Part shown: positions 28,182 to 37,850 of the stretch, piece by piece
Layout of the letters: the number at the start of each line of letters is the position of its first letter
How positions within the stretch are numbered: position 1 is the first letter of the stretch
From: an uncultured bacterium
Lineage (GTDB): Bacteria; Krumholzibacteriota; Krumholzibacteriia; LZORAL124-64-63
DNA length: 64,000 nt
Direction: 5' to 3'
Assembly: GCA_963727525.1 (NCBI GenBank)
Contig: CAVSGO010000002.1
Location: forward strand, 1 to 64,000
Position numbers and translations under genes: made by a program
The notes under the pieces: model-generated
What the model was told of the DNA's origin: nothing
Databases searched by the model: none
What the model saw: only the letters and a program-made list of their open reading frames with translations

Positions 28182-29882
28182 ATGAAATCTCTGACCTGCG
28201 TGACGATCCTGATTTCGACGATGCTCGGGCTGGCATCGACCGCCGCCGCCCAGGACGTACCCGGCACGGTGATCAAGCAGTTCGAACTGCCGATGAAGAC
28301 GCCGACAGGATTGGCGTGGGACGGCCATCACCTCTGGGTGGCCGATCTCGATGAAGGCTCGCTCAACGAGGTCGACCCCGCGACGGGCAAGGTGCTGCGC
28401 ACCCTCGAGGCGCCGGGCTACCAGCCGCTGGATCTCGCGTGGGATGGTGCGCGGCTCTGGGTGATCGACGCGCTGGACAAGATGGCCTACGCGATCGATC
28501 CCGCCACGACGATCACGCAGCGGGCTCTGCCGCTGGATACCGACGCGGTCAAGGGGCTCACCTGGGATGGCACGGCGCTGTGGACCGTCGACGCGAGCGC
28601 TGGTGTCATCGCCAGGCTCGACGATGCGGACGGCACCACGTTCAAGAGCTTCCCCGGTCCGATGGCGCACGCGCGCGGCGACGGGCTGGGCCTCGCCTTC
28701 GACGGCACCTGCGTCTGGGTGAGCGATCGCTTCGCCAACACGATCTTCCGGATGGATCCGCGAACGGGCGCCGTGATCGCGTCCTTCGCGTCGCCTGGCC
28801 CCTACCCGGCCGGCCTGACGTGGGATGGCACGCACCTCTGGTGCGTCGATTACGAGACGCGCCAGCTCTACGCGCTGCAAACCGCCAGCGACGCGCCCTA
28901 CCTGACCACCGAGCCACGGCACGAGAAGCTCACGTACGTGGAGTCGTGGCGCAACTTCGGCCCGGGTCTCGTCAAGACCCTCGACGTCTCTATCGCCGTA
29001 CCCCACGACCTGCCCAACCAAACCCTCGCCGCGGAGCCCACGTTCACGCCCGCGCCGCAGGACTTCGTCACGGACCGGTGGGGCCAGAAATGCGCGCACT
29101 TCGTGTTCACGGATATCGCGGCCGGCCAGGTTGTGACGGCCACGATGAACGTCGAGGCCACGCTGTCGAAGGTGCGCTGGTATGTCGATCCCGCGAAGGT
29201 CGGTGGTCTCGCCGAGATCCCGCCAGACATCCGCAAGACCTATACGCAGGACAGCAGCAAGCTCGTCGTCCAGGATCCGGTCATCCAGAAGGCCGTCGCG
29301 GAGGCCGTGGGAGACGAGACGAATCCGTACTGGATGGCCTGGAAGATCAACCGCTACATCCAGGACCATATGCACTACGAGCTGGCCGGGGGCTGGAACG
29401 TCGCGCCCACCGTGCTGGCGCGCGGATCGGGGTCGTGCTCGGAGTACAGCTTCGTGATGCTGGCGATGTGCCACGCCGCCGGTCTGCCCGCCCGCTATGC
29501 CGGGGCGGTGGTCATCCGCGGTGACGACGCCAGCCGCGACGACGTCTTCCATCGCTGGGTCGAGGTCTTCCTGCCCGGCTACGGCTGGTTTCCGGTGGAC
29601 CCGTCAGGTGGCGACTCGGACACGCCCGCGACGGTGGCCGACTCTTTCGGCGGCCTGTCGAACCGCTTCGTCATCACCACCGTCGGCGCCGGCGACAGCG
29701 AGACTCTCGGCTGGGACTACAACAGTTACGCCTCCTGGACGGCGGAGGGTCGCGTGAAGCTGATGCAGCAGAAGGCTGGAGACTGGGTACCGGCCGGCAA
29801 GACGTACGAGCCGCCGGTGATGGGCAAACCGGGGGACGCCGGCCTGGTGGGCGGCGTGTGCCGGCCGCCGCGGGGCAAGTAG
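28182..29882 (+). CDS. Secreted beta-propeller + transglutaminase-like protein
   Basis: GGAGG RBS; signal peptide; 5 x GL(A/T)WDG..LW repeats; triad motifs GSCSEYS, HRWVEVF, PVDPS. Confidence 0.88.
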   Translation: MKSLTCVTILISTMLGLASTAAAQDVPGTVIKQFELPMKTPTGLAWDGHHLWVADLDEGSLNEVDPATGKVLRTLEAPGYQPLDLAWDGARLWVIDALDKMAYAIDPATTITQRALPLDTDAVKGLTWDGTALWTVDASAGVIARLDDADGTTFKSFPGPMAHARGDGLGLAFDGTCVWVSDRFANTIFRMDPRTGAVIASFASPGPYPAGLTWDGTHLWCVDYETRQLYALQTASDAPYLTTEPRHEKLTYVESWRNFGPGLVKTLDVSIAVPHDLPNQTLAAEPTFTPAPQDFVTDRWGQKCAHFVFTDIAAGQVVTATMNVEATLSKVRWYVDPAKVGGLAEIPPDIRKTYTQDSSKLVVQDPVIQKAVAEAVGDETNPYWMAWKINRYIQDHMHYELAGGWNVAPTVLARGSGSCSEYSFVMLAMCHAAGLPARYAGAVVIRGDDASRDDVFHRWVEVFLPGYGWFPVDPSGGDSDTPATVADSFGGLSNRFVITTVGAGDSETLGWDYNSYASWTAEGRVKLMQQKAGDWVPAGKTYEPPVMGKPGDAGLVGGVCRPPRGK

Positions 29883-29898
29883 GAGTCGTCGTCCGGGG

Positions 29899-30003
29899 CT
29901 ACCGGTAAAGGGACTTCACGGCGCCGAAGGTCGTCGGCTCCGTGGCGACCGGGCCCGGGCAGCCGACGTGGGCGACGGCGATGCAACCGTCGGCGTCGAT
30001 GTC
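29899..30003 (-). pseudogene. Headless C-terminal tail remnant carrying the W/F-x-x-V-K-x-L-Y motif
   Basis: Minus strand reads DIDADGCIAVAHVGCPGPVATEPTTFGAVKSLYR*, starting at the stop of the 30002..31381 gene in a shifted frame. Confidence 0.6.
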
Positions 30004-31381
30004 AGCTCTCGTGCTTGTCGCCCTCGCGCTGGAACAGGAATAGCGTCTTCACCGATTGCGGCTGACCGTCAACCTCGAGCAGCGGATAGGCCAGGAAGTT
30101 GATCGGTCCCGAGGCCGGCTGCGGATCGAGGACGAGGTCGCGCCCGTGGCTGAATTCGAAGCGGTTGGCGGGATGGTGGCCGAAGTAATACATGCTCAAC
30201 GCGGTGAACTTGTCTGCTTCGCTGGCGTCGATCGGCCACCACTTGCCCTCGGCATAGAACTCGGCCCAGCAGTGGTAGCCGTCGGTGCCGCCGTCGTTGC
30301 GTTCGGAAGGAATGGCGGCGCCGATGGCGAAGCGGGCCGGGATCCCCACCGACCGCGCGAGACCGATGAAGTAGGCGTGGTAATCCGTGCAATTGCCGTA
30401 GAGAGCGTTGCAGGCGTACACGGCGTCACCCTTGCCCCAGCCCTCGCCGAATTTCTTGTAGCGCATCGAGTCGATCACGAGGTCATACAGGGCACGCGCA
30501 CGCATGAGATCGCTGTCGCGGCCGGCCACGGCCTTCTCGGCCTCCGCCTTGATGGTCGGGTCCGAGGGGACCATGCGCTCCGGCTTCAGGTACTGTGCGG
30601 CCTCGACGGGATCACCCGGATAGGCGCTCTTCTCGCGGCGCACGACGTCGTAGACGATCTCGATCGTCTTGCCGCTCTGCGCCGGCGTCAGTTCCAGGTA
30701 AAGGACGCGATTCCCGTGGGCAGCGTCGGTGAGCGTGCGCGGCGTGACCGGCGTGTCGATCGATTTCACGGCCACGGTCTGGAACGCGTCCGTACTGGCG
30801 AGCGGCAACCAGCACCGCGCCGGGCCCGCGATCTGCGGTAGCGTCGCCTGGTAGCGGAACTCGAAGGAGTCGGATCCGCTCACCACGCCGAGCAGCTTGT
30901 TCGAAGCATCGTCGACCGGCACATGCACCCATCGGCCGTCGTCGTTCTGCTTCCAGAGGTAATACGGGATGCCGTTGTGCTTGTGGACCGTGGTCTCGGT
31001 GACGGTCATGGCGCCGGGATCGCCGGAGAGGAAGAAGTCGATGTCGTAGAACTCGCCGTCGTCGCTCGCCATGTCGACACAGGCGAAGTGCCGGTGGGGC
31101 GCCAGCGTGGCAAGGTACTCCACGTGGACACGGACCAGGTTGAGCCTCAGTTCGCGACCTTCGAATTCCACATTGAAGAATCCATGTCCGCGCGCCACCT
31201 GCTCGGCGATATGCTTCTCGATTCCGGCCTTGATGTCGCCCGTCACGACGGGCGGGGCATCCGCGGCCGACGCCACCTCGTCGTTGGCCGCCGCCGCGGG
31301 CCGGGCCAGTCCGAACAGGAGCACGGCCGCGATCAGCGTCGTCATTCCCGGGACAACAAGGCGGTGGTTCCAGTGCGACAT
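30002..31381 (-). CDS. Secreted transglutaminase-like protein with extra N-terminal domain
   Basis: Signal peptide; GNCTDYH, HCWAEFY, PIDAS triad motifs; GGAG RBS. Confidence 0.88.
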   Translation of the reverse strand: MSHWNHRLVVPGMTTLIAAVLLFGLARPAAAANDEVASAADAPPVVTGDIKAGIEKHIAEQVARGHGFFNVEFEGRELRLNLVRVHVEYLATLAPHRHFACVDMASDDGEFYDIDFFLSGDPGAMTVTETTVHKHNGIPYYLWKQNDDGRWVHVPVDDASNKLLGVVSGSDSFEFRYQATLPQIAGPARCWLPLASTDAFQTVAVKSIDTPVTPRTLTDAAHGNRVLYLELTPAQSGKTIEIVYDVVRREKSAYPGDPVEAAQYLKPERMVPSDPTIKAEAEKAVAGRDSDLMRARALYDLVIDSMRYKKFGEGWGKGDAVYACNALYGNCTDYHAYFIGLARSVGIPARFAIGAAIPSERNDGGTDGYHCWAEFYAEGKWWPIDASEADKFTALSMYYFGHHPANRFEFSHGRDLVLDPQPASGPINFLAYPLLEVDGQPQSVKTLFLFQREGDKHES

Positions 31382-31414
31382 GTCTCTCTCCTCGACGCGG
31401 GGTTCGTGATGGCC

Positions 31415-32014
31415 TCAGTGCGCGGGATGATCCTTGGGCTTGCTGGTTTCCGGTTTGGCCTGGACCTCGGGAAAGAGAACCGTGTCGATCCTGTGGATCA
31501 CGCCATTGGCACAGACCAGATCGGGCTCGACGACCCGGGCATCGCCCACCGTCACCTCGCCGTCGTGGACGGTGATGGCAAGATCGTGGCCGTTGACGTT
31601 GGTCGCCTTCATGGTCTTCATGTTCGCCGCCACGAGCTTGCCGGGCACGACGTGGTTGGCGATGATTCCCGCGAGCCTGGCGCGGTTCGCCGGTGCCAGG
31701 AGGTCGTTCAGCTCGCCTGCGGGCAGCTTGGCGAATGCCGAATCGGTCGGAGCGAACACCGTGAACGGCCCCGCACCCTCGAGCTTCTCCGTCAAACCGG
31801 CCGCCGCAATGGCCTTGACGAAGGTACCGAGATCACCCGCGCCGACGGCCGCTCCGACGATGGTGCTGTCCTTTGCCAGTGGCGTCGCCAGCATCGTGGG
31901 TGCGGCGGGCGTCGGATGCTCCGTTCCTGTCGGATGTTCCTGAGCTCGCGCCACCGGCACGATGACGAGCGCCATGAGCATTGCAAACGTGGCGAGATCC
32001 CTGCTGGTCTTCAT
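31415..32014 (-). CDS. Fasciclin (FAS1) domain protein
   Basis: GPFTVFAPTDSAFAKLP, HVV, NGVIHRIDTVL; signal peptide; EHP/DHP motifs at both ends. Confidence 0.92.
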   Translation of the reverse strand: MKTSRDLATFAMLMALVIVPVARAQEHPTGTEHPTPAAPTMLATPLAKDSTIVGAAVGAGDLGTFVKAIAAAGLTEKLEGAGPFTVFAPTDSAFAKLPAGELNDLLAPANRARLAGIIANHVVPGKLVAANMKTMKATNVNGHDLAITVHDGEVTVGDARVVEPDLVCANGVIHRIDTVLFPEVQAKPETSKPKDHPAH

Positions 32015-32157
32015 GCGGCCCTCCGGAGAATCGATCGTCGGCTGTCCCGTGCATAGGCCGGGATTTCCACGTGAACGCGCGTTTTCGCGCGTGTCGCGGC
32101 GAACTTCAAGGGTAATGCCGGTCACGTATTGGCGCCATCGGACGACGCGGGCGGTCA

Positions 32158-32194
32158 GGGGAAGACGTCATGGGAAGACGTCATGGGAAGACGT
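32158..32194. repeat. 13-bp tandem duplication GGGAAGACGTCAT (about 2.8 copies) spanning a stop codon
   Basis: gggaagacgtcat gggaagacgtcat gggaagacgt. Confidence 0.75.
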
Positions 32195-32891
32195 AGTGCC
32201 ACAGGGTCGGTACGCCGCAGTTGATCGACCACCAATCGGCCGGTGCGGCGAGAAAGCCGCGTGCGATGAGGCGGTCGTCGTGTACGGCCAGTTCGACATA
32301 CGCCACCGCCATGGCGCCGATCGACGCGCAAGGCGTTTGCTGGGTCGGGAACCAGGCGTTCACCGGCGCGAAGCCGGCGTCGATCAGCGAGGTGAGCAGA
32401 CGCGTGGCTGGAGCCGGCGTGCCGTTGGCGTCGAAATCGTTCCAGGCGACGCAGTAGATCGCCGGGGTGTCGACGATCTGATGATTGGGCTCGATCACCG
32501 GATCGGGAACGCCGATGCAGCCGGTGCCCATTCGCCCGTTCTCGGCAGCGGCCAGCACCTCCAGCGCGACGAGTTCGAGTCCACCGCCCCCGTCCCGTGG
32601 CGCGCCACCCGCGCGCACCCACGTGCCCAGCGGCAGGGTGCGCAACGTGGCCAGGATATCCCACTGCTCGCGGGTCATGGTCCAGGGGCTCATCGACAGG
32701 TCACGGGCCGTGCCGAACCGGTCTACCACGGTGATCTCCACCGGACCGTCCCGCTCGACCGCGGACGAGAATGCGGTCAGCGATCCCTCGATGTGCTGAA
32801 TCGAGTCGGGAGCCGTGGTGGCCTGGTCGGAGCAGGCCGCGAGGGGAAGGATCATGAGAAGAGCGAGGGTGACGACGGCAACGTGTCGCAT
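32181..32891 (-). CDS. Hypothetical lipoprotein
   Basis: GGAGG RBS; MRHVAVVTLALLMILPLAAC lipobox. Confidence 0.65.
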   Translation of the reverse strand: MRHVAVVTLALLMILPLAACSDQATTAPDSIQHIEGSLTAFSSAVERDGPVEITVVDRFGTARDLSMSPWTMTREQWDILATLRTLPLGTWVRAGGAPRDGGGGLELVALEVLAAAENGRMGTGCIGVPDPVIEPNHQIVDTPAIYCVAWNDFDANGTPAPATRLLTSLIDAGFAPVNAWFPTQQTPCASIGAMAVAYVELAVHDDRLIARGFLAAPADWWSINCGVPTLWHYVFP

Positions 32892-33037
32892 GCGAGAACC
32901 TCCGCTGGCCGGAGCCCGCTTCGGGGCGAATGGTGAGGATACGGGTTCGGTGGCGTCCGGGTCAAGACCTCGCGACCGCGCTAGGCAATGGCGACCCGGC
33001 ATGCTAGAGTACCGATCCACCGAAGTGGGAGAAATTC

Positions 33038-34009
33038 ATGAACTTGCAGCGCCCGACCAGCATTCCGGTCGTGACTCGCGCTGACATCCCGGACGTGCCG
33101 CCAGATCTCGTGGACGCCTCCAGCGTCTTCAATCCCGGCGCCTGTCGGCTCGATGATGGTCGGACGCTGCTGCTGCTGCGCGTGCAGACACGCGGGCGGC
33201 GCACGCTGCTGATGCGCGCCATCAGCGATGACGGCGAGCGCTTCACCGTCGAGCCCGCGATCGTCGAGGTACGGGGGCTATCGAAGCTCTTCTCGCAGGT
33301 GCACCACGTGTACGACCCGCGGATCACCCGCCTCGAAGGACGATGGATGGTGACCTGCGCCCTCGACACCGATCGGGGCTGCCGCGTGGGTTTGTTCACC
33401 ACCGAAGATTTCACCGCTCTGGACCTGATGACTGTCACGAGCGACCGCGACGTGCGCAACGGCGTGCTCTTTCCCGAGAAGGTCGGCGGCCGGTACTTGC
33501 TGCTCGAACGGCCCAACAGCGTGCTGCCCGCCGGCGGGGCGCGCACGGGCGACATGATCGAGCTGCGCGCGAGCAACGATCTGACGCTCTGGGGGACGAT
33601 GGCGCGGGTCATGACGGGGCGCTGGCACTACTGGGACGAGCTGATCGGCGCCGGCCCCCCCCCCATCAAGACCTCGGCGGGCTGGTTGTTGATCTATCAC
33701 GGCGTGGCGACACACCTGAGCGCAGGCATCTACCAGGCCGGCGCGGCGCTTCTGGATCTCGACGAACCCTCGCGCGTGGTCGGCCGGACGGTCGATAATA
33801 TCCTCGAACCGCGCGAACTCTATGAAATGGTCGGGCAGGTACCGAACGTCGTTTTCCCGTCGGGCCTCGTGTCGGCACCGCCGGGCGACGACGGCTACGT
33901 GCCCCTGGACAGCACCCTGCGCATCTACTACGGCGCGGCCGACACCTGCGTGGGTCTGGCCACCGCGCGCGTGAGCGATCTCGTGGATGCGTGTGTGAAC
34001 GCCACTTGA
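33038..34009 (+). CDS. Glycoside hydrolase family 130 (mannoside phosphorylase/hydrolase)
   Basis: VFNPGA, YDPRIT, RNGVLFPEKVGGRY..LERP, IGAGPPPIKT..GWLLIYHGV, GQVPNVVFPSG, YYGAADT. Confidence 0.93.
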   Translation: MNLQRPTSIPVVTRADIPDVPPDLVDASSVFNPGACRLDDGRTLLLLRVQTRGRRTLLMRAISDDGERFTVEPAIVEVRGLSKLFSQVHHVYDPRITRLEGRWMVTCALDTDRGCRVGLFTTEDFTALDLMTVTSDRDVRNGVLFPEKVGGRYLLLERPNSVLPAGGARTGDMIELRASNDLTLWGTMARVMTGRWHYWDELIGAGPPPIKTSAGWLLIYHGVATHLSAGIYQAGAALLDLDEPSRVVGRTVDNILEPRELYEMVGQVPNVVFPSGLVSAPPGDDGYVPLDSTLRIYYGAADTCVGLATARVSDLVDACVNAT

Positions 34010-34024
34010 CCCGGAGTCGTCCCC

Positions 34025-36850
34025 GTGCCCACTGATCCCCGCCACGTCGTCCTCGTCTCGCACACTCACTGGGATCGTGAGTGGTACCTCACGCAACGGC
34101 GCTTCCAGGTACAGCTCGTGGAGGTGGTCGACGCGGTGCTCGACCATCTGGAGCACGATCCTGCATTCTCGCACTTCGTGCTCGACGGGCAGGTACTGGC
34201 GCTTGTCGACTACCTCGCGGCCCGACCGGAGCAGCGCGAGCGCGTGGAGCGGCTCGTGGCGAGCGGCGCGCTGGTGCTGGGGCCCTGGTATATCCTGGCC
34301 GACGAGTTCCTGGTGTCCGGCGAGGCCACCGTGCGCAACCTCTTGCTCGGGCACCGCATCTGTGGCGAATTCGGCGGAGCGCAGCAGGTGGGCACCATGC
34401 CCGACTCCTTCGGCCACCTCGCGCAGATGCCGCAGATCCTTCAGCAGGCCGGCATCGACAGCTTCATCTACACCCGCGGAAACGGCGACGAGATCGACGA
34501 TCTGGGCCTCGAGTACTGGTGGGAGGCGCCCGACGGCAGTCGCGTGCTGGCCGTGAACCAGCAGGACGGGTACTGCAACGCGTCGGCCCTCGGCCACGCC
34601 GAGATCTGGCAGGCCCATACCAACCGGGCCATCGCGCCGCAGCACGCCGTCGCCAAGGTGCGCGATCTCTTCGCCGCGATGGCGGCGCGCTCGCGCACCG
34701 ACGTGTGGCTGCTCAACAACGGCTGCGACCACCATCCTCCTCAGCGCGACTACGGGACGATCCTCGCCGCCCTGCGCGAGGCGTTCCCCTCGACGACCTT
34801 CACGACGGGGCGCTTCGAGGATTACCTGCAGGCCCTGCGCGCGGCGTCGCCCGCCCTCGAGACCTGGCGCGGCGAGCTGCTGGGTGGGAAGTTGCACCCC
34901 ATCCTGTCAGGCGTGTGGTCGGCGCGCATGCCGCTCAAGCAGGCCAACGCGCGCTGCCAGCACCTGCTCGCGTCGCAGCTCGAGCCGCTGGCCTGCACGG
35001 CGCACTTCCTGCACGGCCGTGCGTATCCGGCCGGACTCATCGACCAGGCCTGGCGCGACCTGCTGGCCAACCACCCTCACGACTCGATCTGTGGCTGCTC
35101 CATCGACGCGGTACACCGTGCCATGGTCACGCGCTTCGCCGAGGTCACCGACACGGCGGAGCATCTGCTGTCGCGCCTGGTCGGCGAGCTGTGCCCTCCC
35201 TTCGCGCCCACGGAGGCGGAGGATCGCGAGACGTTGATCGCCGTGGCAAACCCGCTGCCCACCCGGCGCGACGAGGTGGTGGAGCGCCTCGTCGTGTTGC
35301 AGCCGCTGGGCTACGACCTCGATCATCTCATGCTACTCGACGCCGCGGGGCGCCCCCTCCCGTTTGTGGTGAAGGAACGGCGCTTTCTCGAGCGGTTCTG
35401 GGGCATCGACTACCGCAGCGAGATCCGCAGCGAGGATCAGCTCGCATTGCTGCAGACGTATCTCGACACGTTCTCCAGCCGCATCCTGCGCGACGAATCG
35501 CAGAAGGACGTGGGTCTCACCGACTGCTACCTCACGCTGCAGTTCTTCGCGCGCGACCTGCCCGCCTGCGGCCACACGGTCTACCGCCTCACTGATCGAC
35601 CGCCCACCACACAGACGCCCGCGCTGGGCCGGCAGGATCTCGTGCGGCGCGACGGCCCCACGCTCGATAACGGCCGGCTGCGCCTCACGTTGCATCGCGA
35701 CGGCCGCTTCGATCTGATCGACCGCGCCAGCGGCACCGCGTACTGGGGTCTGAACCACCTGGTCGACGACGAGGACTGCGGCGACGAGTACGACCACTCG
35801 CCCTGCCCCAACCCGCAGACGATCGCCGCCGCCGACACCGTGGGCACGATCGACGCCGTGGAGGACACCGGCCTCGCCGCCACCCTGCGCTGCCGCCTCG
35901 TGCTGAACCTGCCGTGCGCGCTCGCGCCCGACCGCAGCTTCCGCGATGCCGCGCGCGTGGCGTGTCCGGTGACGATCACGCTGCGCCTGACGTGCGGGGC
36001 GAGCCACGCCGAGGTGACCACGCGCTTCGAGAACCGCGCCGAGGATCACCGCCTGCGCGTGGAGTTTCCCACGGGACTCGTCACAACAACGGTGGTGAGC
36101 GACGGCCAGTTCTGGCTCGCGCCGCGTCCGGTCACGCCGCCGCCCAGCGCCGACTGGGTACAACCGCATCCAGGCACCGTACCGCAGCAGGACTTCAGCT
36201 ATGTCTGGCACCAGGGCCGCGGACTGGCCGTGCTGGCGCGGGGGTTGCCCGAGGTGGCACCAGCCCGCGAAGATGACGGCACGGTGACGCTCGGTCTCAC
36301 GTTGCTGCGCAGCGTGGGCTGGCTCTCGCGCGACGATTTCATCTCGCGCCGCTTCCGCAACGCCGGCCCCACGCTGGCCACGCCCGAGGCGCAATGCCAG
36401 GGCCCGCATGAGTTCGCGTACGCCGTGGCTCCGCTGGGCGGCGGCGCGGCGGCCAGTGGGCGCCCCGGACTCGACGGCGACGATACGCCCATCGCAACCG
36501 GCCTGCGCGATCTCTCGCAGTGCTATCAGAACCCGGTGCTCACGCGCCAGGGCGTGCCGGCCGGTTCCGTGCTGCCGGGTTCGCTGCTCGAGAAGACCAA
36601 CCCGGCCGTGGCCGTGAGCGCGATCAAGCGCCACGAGACGCGCGACACCCTCGTGGTGCGCCTGTGGAATCAGACCGACCGCACCCAGCACGAGACCCTG
36701 CACCTGGGCCGTCCCGTGCGGGGCGCCTGGCTGCTCGACCTGCTCGAGGAGCGCCAAGAGGATCTGGCGGTCGGCGCGGACGTGACCGTCGCTCTGCTCC
36801 CGCATCGCATCGTCACCCTCGAGATCGCCCTGCAGGAGGAGGCCCCATGA
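34025..36850 (+). CDS. Glycoside hydrolase family 38 alpha-mannosidase
   Basis: SHTHWDREWY, FVLDGQ, GPWYILADEFLVSGE, PDSFGH, HDSICGCSID, DHRLRV, TLLRSVGWLSRDD. Confidence 0.93.
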   Translation: MPTDPRHVVLVSHTHWDREWYLTQRRFQVQLVEVVDAVLDHLEHDPAFSHFVLDGQVLALVDYLAARPEQRERVERLVASGALVLGPWYILADEFLVSGEATVRNLLLGHRICGEFGGAQQVGTMPDSFGHLAQMPQILQQAGIDSFIYTRGNGDEIDDLGLEYWWEAPDGSRVLAVNQQDGYCNASALGHAEIWQAHTNRAIAPQHAVAKVRDLFAAMAARSRTDVWLLNNGCDHHPPQRDYGTILAALREAFPSTTFTTGRFEDYLQALRAASPALETWRGELLGGKLHPILSGVWSARMPLKQANARCQHLLASQLEPLACTAHFLHGRAYPAGLIDQAWRDLLANHPHDSICGCSIDAVHRAMVTRFAEVTDTAEHLLSRLVGELCPPFAPTEAEDRETLIAVANPLPTRRDEVVERLVVLQPLGYDLDHLMLLDAAGRPLPFVVKERRFLERFWGIDYRSEIRSEDQLALLQTYLDTFSSRILRDESQKDVGLTDCYLTLQFFARDLPACGHTVYRLTDRPPTTQTPALGRQDLVRRDGPTLDNGRLRLTLHRDGRFDLIDRASGTAYWGLNHLVDDEDCGDEYDHSPCPNPQTIAAADTVGTIDAVEDTGLAATLRCRLVLNLPCALAPDRSFRDAARVACPVTITLRLTCGASHAEVTTRFENRAEDHRLRVEFPTGLVTTTVVSDGQFWLAPRPVTPPPSADWVQPHPGTVPQQDFSYVWHQGRGLAVLARGLPEVAPAREDDGTVTLGLTLLRSVGWLSRDDFISRRFRNAGPTLATPEAQCQGPHEFAYAVAPLGGGAAASGRPGLDGDDTPIATGLRDLSQCYQNPVLTRQGVPAGSVLPGSLLEKTNPAVAVSAIKRHETRDTLVVRLWNQTDRTQHETLHLGRPVRGAWLLDLLEERQEDLAVGADVTVALLPHRIVTLEIALQEEAP

Positions 36851-37821
36851 CCACCCGGCGCGAGTTCCTCACCACCTGCGCCCTCACCGGCGCCGCCCTG
36901 GGCGCGGGACGCTTCGCCCTCGCAGCCGGCGACGCCGGCAGCGGCGGCGGCGCCTCGCCCCCCATCGTGCTGAGCACCTGGAACTTCGGCCAGGCCGCGA
37001 ATGCAGCGGCGTGGCGCGTGCTCGGTGCCGGCACGGCCCTCGATGCCGTGGAAGCCGGCGCCCGCCACACCGAGGCCGACCCGAAGATCTCCACCGTCGG
37101 ACTGGGCGGCCTGCCCGACCGCGACGGCCACGTGACCCTCGATGCCTGCATCATGGACCACCGGCGCCACGCCGGCAGCGTCGCCTGCATCGAGCACATC
37201 CTGCACCCCGCTTCGGTGGCCCGCCGCGTGATGGAGAAGACGCCGCATGTGATGCTGGTAGGCGACGGCGCGCTGCAGTTCGCCCTCGCCGAGGGATTCG
37301 AACGCACCGACCTCCTCACGTCCGAGGCCGAGCGCGCCTGGCACGACTGGCTGCGCAAGGCGAAGTACGAACCGAAGGCCAACATCGAGAACCACGACAC
37401 CCTCGGCATCCTGGCCCTCGACGCCCACGGCCACCTGGCCGGTGCCTGCACCACGAGCGGCATGCAGTTCAAGATGCACGGCCGCGTGGGCGACTCTCCC
37501 ATCATCGGCGCGGCATTGTATGTCGATGGAGCGGTCGGCGGCGCCTGCGCCACCGGTCATGGCGAGTACGTGATGCGCACCCTGGGCTCGTTCCTCGTGG
37601 TGGAACTGATGCGCCGCGGCGCCTCCCCGCAGGACGCCTGCGACGAGGCCATCGACCGCGTCCTCCAGGACACGGGCAAGGACGTCGGCGAGGTGCAGGT
37701 AGGGTATCTCGCGCTCGACACGCGTGGCCGCATCGGCGCGAGCTGCGTGCAGCCAGGATTCCAGTACGCGCGCCGCACGGGGACGTTGGACGAGGTGTTG
37801 GACGCGCGGAGTCGGACCTGA
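36847..37821 (+). CDS. N(4)-(beta-N-acetylglucosaminyl)-L-asparaginase (glycosylasparaginase), Tat signal
   Basis: ATGA-coupled to GH38; MTTRREFL Tat motif; STW, VGLGGLPDRDGHVTLDACIMD, NHDT autocleavage site, GRVGDSPIIGA. Confidence 0.92.
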   Translation: MTTRREFLTTCALTGAALGAGRFALAAGDAGSGGGASPPIVLSTWNFGQAANAAAWRVLGAGTALDAVEAGARHTEADPKISTVGLGGLPDRDGHVTLDACIMDHRRHAGSVACIEHILHPASVARRVMEKTPHVMLVGDGALQFALAEGFERTDLLTSEAERAWHDWLRKAKYEPKANIENHDTLGILALDAHGHLAGACTTSGMQFKMHGRVGDSPIIGAALYVDGAVGGACATGHGEYVMRTLGSFLVVELMRRGASPQDACDEAIDRVLQDTGKDVGEVQVGYLALDTRGRIGASCVQPGFQYARRTGTLDEVLDARSRT

Positions 37822-37850
37822 GACGCGATGGCGACGATCCGCCGGGAGCG

